Source: Ascidiella aspersa
Lineage: Eukaryota
Reading direction: 5' to 3'
DNA: 64,000 bases
Assembly: GCA_963924565.1 (NCBI GenBank)
Contig: OZ004607.1
Location: 29,698,001 to 29,762,000 of the forward strand
In this document: positions 60,219 to 64,000 of the stretch, piece by piece
Numbering within the stretch: position 1 is the stretch's first letter
Layout: the number at the start of each line of letters is the position of its first letter
The notes under the pieces: generated by a model
What the model was told of the DNA's origin: nothing
The model's database searches: none
Seen by the model: only the letters and a program-made list of their open reading frames with translations
Program-made: the position numbers and the translations under genes

Positions 60219-62838
60219 GTAAGACGGAATCTCGCGATTGTTTATAGGCCCCTAAAAGGCAGGAAACGCGAATCACTGTTTTTAGGTTGTGATACACTGA
60301 GGCGATCTCTCTCAAGCTAATTTAAAAAATCCGAATTTTTGGAAAGGATAACTTTTATTTAAAATTACTCTGAGTTGGCACTAATCTTGTCATTTTTTTT
60401 GGTGGTTATAGTTTGTAGCTTTTTTCCCTGAAAAATTTGGCTATTTTTTTAATTCTAATCTAGGAAAATTACCTCATATTTCGCCTTTATAGATTGCTTT
60501 TATGAGTTACCGAGGTAAATGAATATATTCCAGGAAATCGATTAATTTTGACCATTTCGATATGTTGTGCAATCTACTACTAGACTGTAACCTATTAGCA
60601 GTTTGTGGCATAAAACTTGCCTAGACTTGCGTCCGACGTGTTTCCGACAGCCACGCGTGGATTTTTGTTGCTTGATTGTCGTGACGTGTGCTGTGCACGT
60701 CGAGGCGCCAAGTGTTTATTCCCCGCCACCTCATTTATGTCGACCCATAGGGCTGTAAAAAACGAAAAGTGCCAACATGGGTATTGGGTAGGTGGCGAAC
60801 GTATATACAAAGGCACATTAAATCGAAAAGCGTGCGGGTGTCAATGGCTGATAACAAAGTGGCTAAAACAGGCTTTAGCCTCGGGCATTTGGTACCTTAT
60901 AATGTGTACCTTAAATTTTAAGGGTCGGTAAATTCCAATATCTGTAAGAATTAGAACATTTTTAAACCCGTTTCACTTCGACTTTTTAGGGGCAGACGAG
61001 GGTCCTAAGGGGTGAGTGTTATTTGTCAAACAACGTTCGTCCAAACCATTTTCTGAGAAGATGGCTCATAGTTCCATTCAGATGTTTAACCTTTTAGTAA
61101 CAGGAAACTAATCAGAAATGTACCAAAAAGGTAAAATCCCTTCGAAGCTGAAATACTAATCGTTTAGTAGGAGACGTCATTTAGTGCTAACCTGTTTTGC
61201 TAAAACGAAGAAGACGTGTACTTCTTTTTCGATGTGTGTTGTCATTCGATACGCGTAATCCTGCTTTGTGTAGTGTTTTGCCGCAACGACCAGGTTGAAC
61301 GTGTTTTTCTTCGAACAGTCTAATTGCGCGCGTGCACGATCTCTCTCGTAGCAGCGCTTTAATTGGTCCACGCAGGTCGAGCAAAACACGTCTGAAGTGC
61401 CTTCGCAGAGGCATTAATTTTCCATACGGAATGCTTTCACTACAACGTTATTTTAAGGTGTTCCATGAAGAATGGCGACAACAAATTTACAAGTCAAATT
61501 ATAAGGCTATGTATAAACTATGTCCTTTTCTAATTGCATCAAAGAATATATCATAAGCAAGAATCCTGGGTATTTGTTTCTTAATCACAGAGTTGCATCT
61601 ACATTTAACTCCGAAAATTTAAACGTTTTTACTAATTTTCTATACACAAACGCTACGATGTTGGTTTTGGCGTTAAACAGTGTTCCCGACTTAAAAAAAT
61701 TCCACACTGAGAAAAGTTTGTATTTATCGAGATTACTTTTAGGCTAAGTTAGAGTCCTAAATAAAAAAATAATCCCTTAAAACTAGTAAAATTAGAAAGA
61801 TGTCTGATCATCCAGTGACTTAGAAGCAAATTTTACGAAGTATATATTGTGCTGCAAATTGGAGCACTGGTGTTGACTATCTCGAACATAAAAAAGGGAT
61901 GATGTCAGTTGTCAGAGTGGAAAAGAGATTCTGCAGCCGCGACGGCGCATGGCCCTTTGAAGCGGCCGAGAAGGCGCGATTAAAAAAATCACTTGGCACC
62001 TTCAGGCGTGTTTTAATCAGCATTGTAATGCGTCGAGCAACTATCCCCTTGCACACCACACACAGCCGCTGTGATTGGCAACCGCTCGGAAGCAAACACA
62101 TCGACCGGAGCCTTTGTTACGAGGCTGCGGGCAGAACTGGCTGTGCAAGAAAAGAGAAGGTCGCCGCTGGGGTTGTTCGACCGTTAATTGCGCGCTATTC
62201 CTGAAGACCTGGCGATGGAAAAAAGCTCCATCGATAAGGCTTGAGACGGTGGCGATCGATCAGATCTATTGCTCTGCCCTTGTGTTGTTTTGAGGGCGGT
62301 GGACCGATGATCGTTGCTTGTTGCTATTGGCCTTGTGCGTACTATGCAGACACGGTTCAGTCGAGTTCAGATTATGTTTCGTTACAATTGCGTTTTAATG
62401 CGCGGTTTAGCAATTAGCCGCGCGCCCGATGAGGGATGTGGTAAAAGCATCACGTGACGAGTTTCCTTTTGCGTTGTGGTTTTCAGCTTTGTTGAGGCAG
62501 GCAGAAGCACTGGTCAGTTCTTAGGTAGACTGTTGTCACGAGTTCTTGTTGTAAGTATATGGTAGTGTGATTTTTTGTGTTAAATTAAACTTCACGACTT
62601 GTAAATGTGAGTTATGCAATTGCCGAATAGAAAACTGTTCTAATGGTAGTTTGCTACTGTGTAGGAAAGAAGTTGTAGTATCACACCACAGAGGTCAGTA
62701 CTACTAGATGTTCTTGCAGGCGATCAACCTTATGTTTCTGCTACTCAGAGTATATAAACATGTAGAAAAGATGTTGCCTTGTGTTCGCCGCAACGGAAAG
62801 CCATAAAACTTGCCAAGAGCCGTTGTTCTGTCCCTGGC

Positions 62839-63472
62839 ATGTCGTCTCCCAACGCCGTGGGCGCGCGTCGTAAGGGCGAGGAAAACAAAGACGGGTCGTT
62901 GAGTAACAAAAGGCTGACGTCGCAGTCCATTTTCCGGGTCTTTACCAAGAGCGGGCGCTTTCTTTTGCGCGGCTCTGCGGGCGGCAGCGTCAGACGGAGT
63001 GCAGCGTCGTCGAGCTCTTTCGTCCAGCCTGGCAGCAGCTGTAGCAGTGAAACCAGCAAGAGCAGTAGCTTCATCAAGCAAGTGTACAGTCCGAGAAGGG
63101 AGCTGCTGTGTACGGTGAGCGCGCCCCTGGCCGGCGGCGTGAACATCAACAGGGAACTGACGATCCGGCGCAGCTTTGAGGTCAAACGCGACAGGAACAA
63201 GGTGGCGGACAGCCGCTTCACACCGCAGTGTCCACGTTCTACCGCCGCCACCAAACACGACCTGTCCTACCAGGGCGTGCGCTCCCGAGTCCAGTCAAGC
63301 GGTCTTTATACTGAAAGCCTACTGATTGTGGACAACGAAGACGACGACGACGAGCCTATAGAAGACGAGGACGATGTATTCGATTGCAACGTGGCACTCA
63401 GACCTTCGCCGAAACCTCTGATGCGAAGCCACACGCACCCCAAGCAAAAGACCAAGTCCGTGTCCAGCGGCT
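62839..63472 (+). CDS. putative alternative first coding exon C of the third gene
   Basis: ATG-initiated MSSPNAVGARRK...KTKSVSSG, 211 codons, in-frame TAA upstream, donor T|GTGAGT in phase 1. Confidence 0.7.
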
Positions 63473-63677
63473 GTGAGTTGGACAGCCATATATGTCTATC
63501 GCATTTTTGAAAGAAACCTGTGGCCTTTGCTGGTTCTCTACGCGTATTCTAAAGTAGGATAGGAGTTTGTTTAGCAATTCTGGTTTGTAATTAGTGAAAA
63601 ACAGAATGCAAAGTGAAGTGTACCGTTTTTTGCAAGGCAGCAAGCTGTTCTATGCGTTTATTTTTGTTCTATGCGGT

Positions 63678-63762
63678 AAATCCGACCGATTCTAGTTAGA
63701 AAGACTTTAGAAAAACACTTGTAACCTAACAAAGTCTTTCTAAACTAGAATCGGTCGGATTT
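63678..63762. repeat. near-perfect inverted repeat (31-bp stem, 22-nt loop)
   Basis: AAATCCGACCGATTCTAGTTAGAAAGACTTT ... AAAGTCTTTCTAAACTAGAATCGGTCGGATTT, differing by a single indel. Confidence 0.9.
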
Positions 63763-64000
63763 TAAAAATGATTTGTTTGTATTAGGAGTAGTACAAGAAA
63801 TAACAATTGAAAATGTCAATCTATGTGATTAAACCCATATGGTGTTCTTATTTCCTAAGCTATTATCTAGAAAATCTTCTAAAAACTCAGCCAAAAAATA
63901 ATACCGATACGTGTGGATCGACTAAACTTAATCCGTTCTTATATCGCAGGTATTTCCAACGAGTCGGGGTATGGAACCATGACCAGAAAGGGAAATCAAC

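Overview
Eukaryotic (metazoan, invertebrate-like) genomic DNA with GT-AG introns and many MITEs. An ascidian/tunicate source is plausible but is only an inference. Three + strand genes were assembled by hand with phase-consistent splice sites. (1) The 3' part of an ABCC5/MRP5-like ABC transporter (11 exons, 43-6244). (2) A complete 23-exon CHAF1A/CAF-1 p150 gene (8354-24583, about 1172 aa) with an E2F-type promoter site, a SIM/UIM-like N-terminal module and a repeated C-terminal tail. (3) The 5' part of a large unidentified gene (from 31822) encoding about 1430 aa of Ser/Arg-rich, probably disordered sequence, plus two further ATG-containing exons (59969-60218, 62839-63472). All three branches end in phase-1 donors, implying alternative N-termini joined to a common exon beyond the window. 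Introns and intergenic DNA carry many hAT-type MITEs (several with perfect 8-bp TSDs, some nested), other inverted-repeat elements and local duplications. No tRNA, rRNA, CRISPR array or autonomous transposase was seen.
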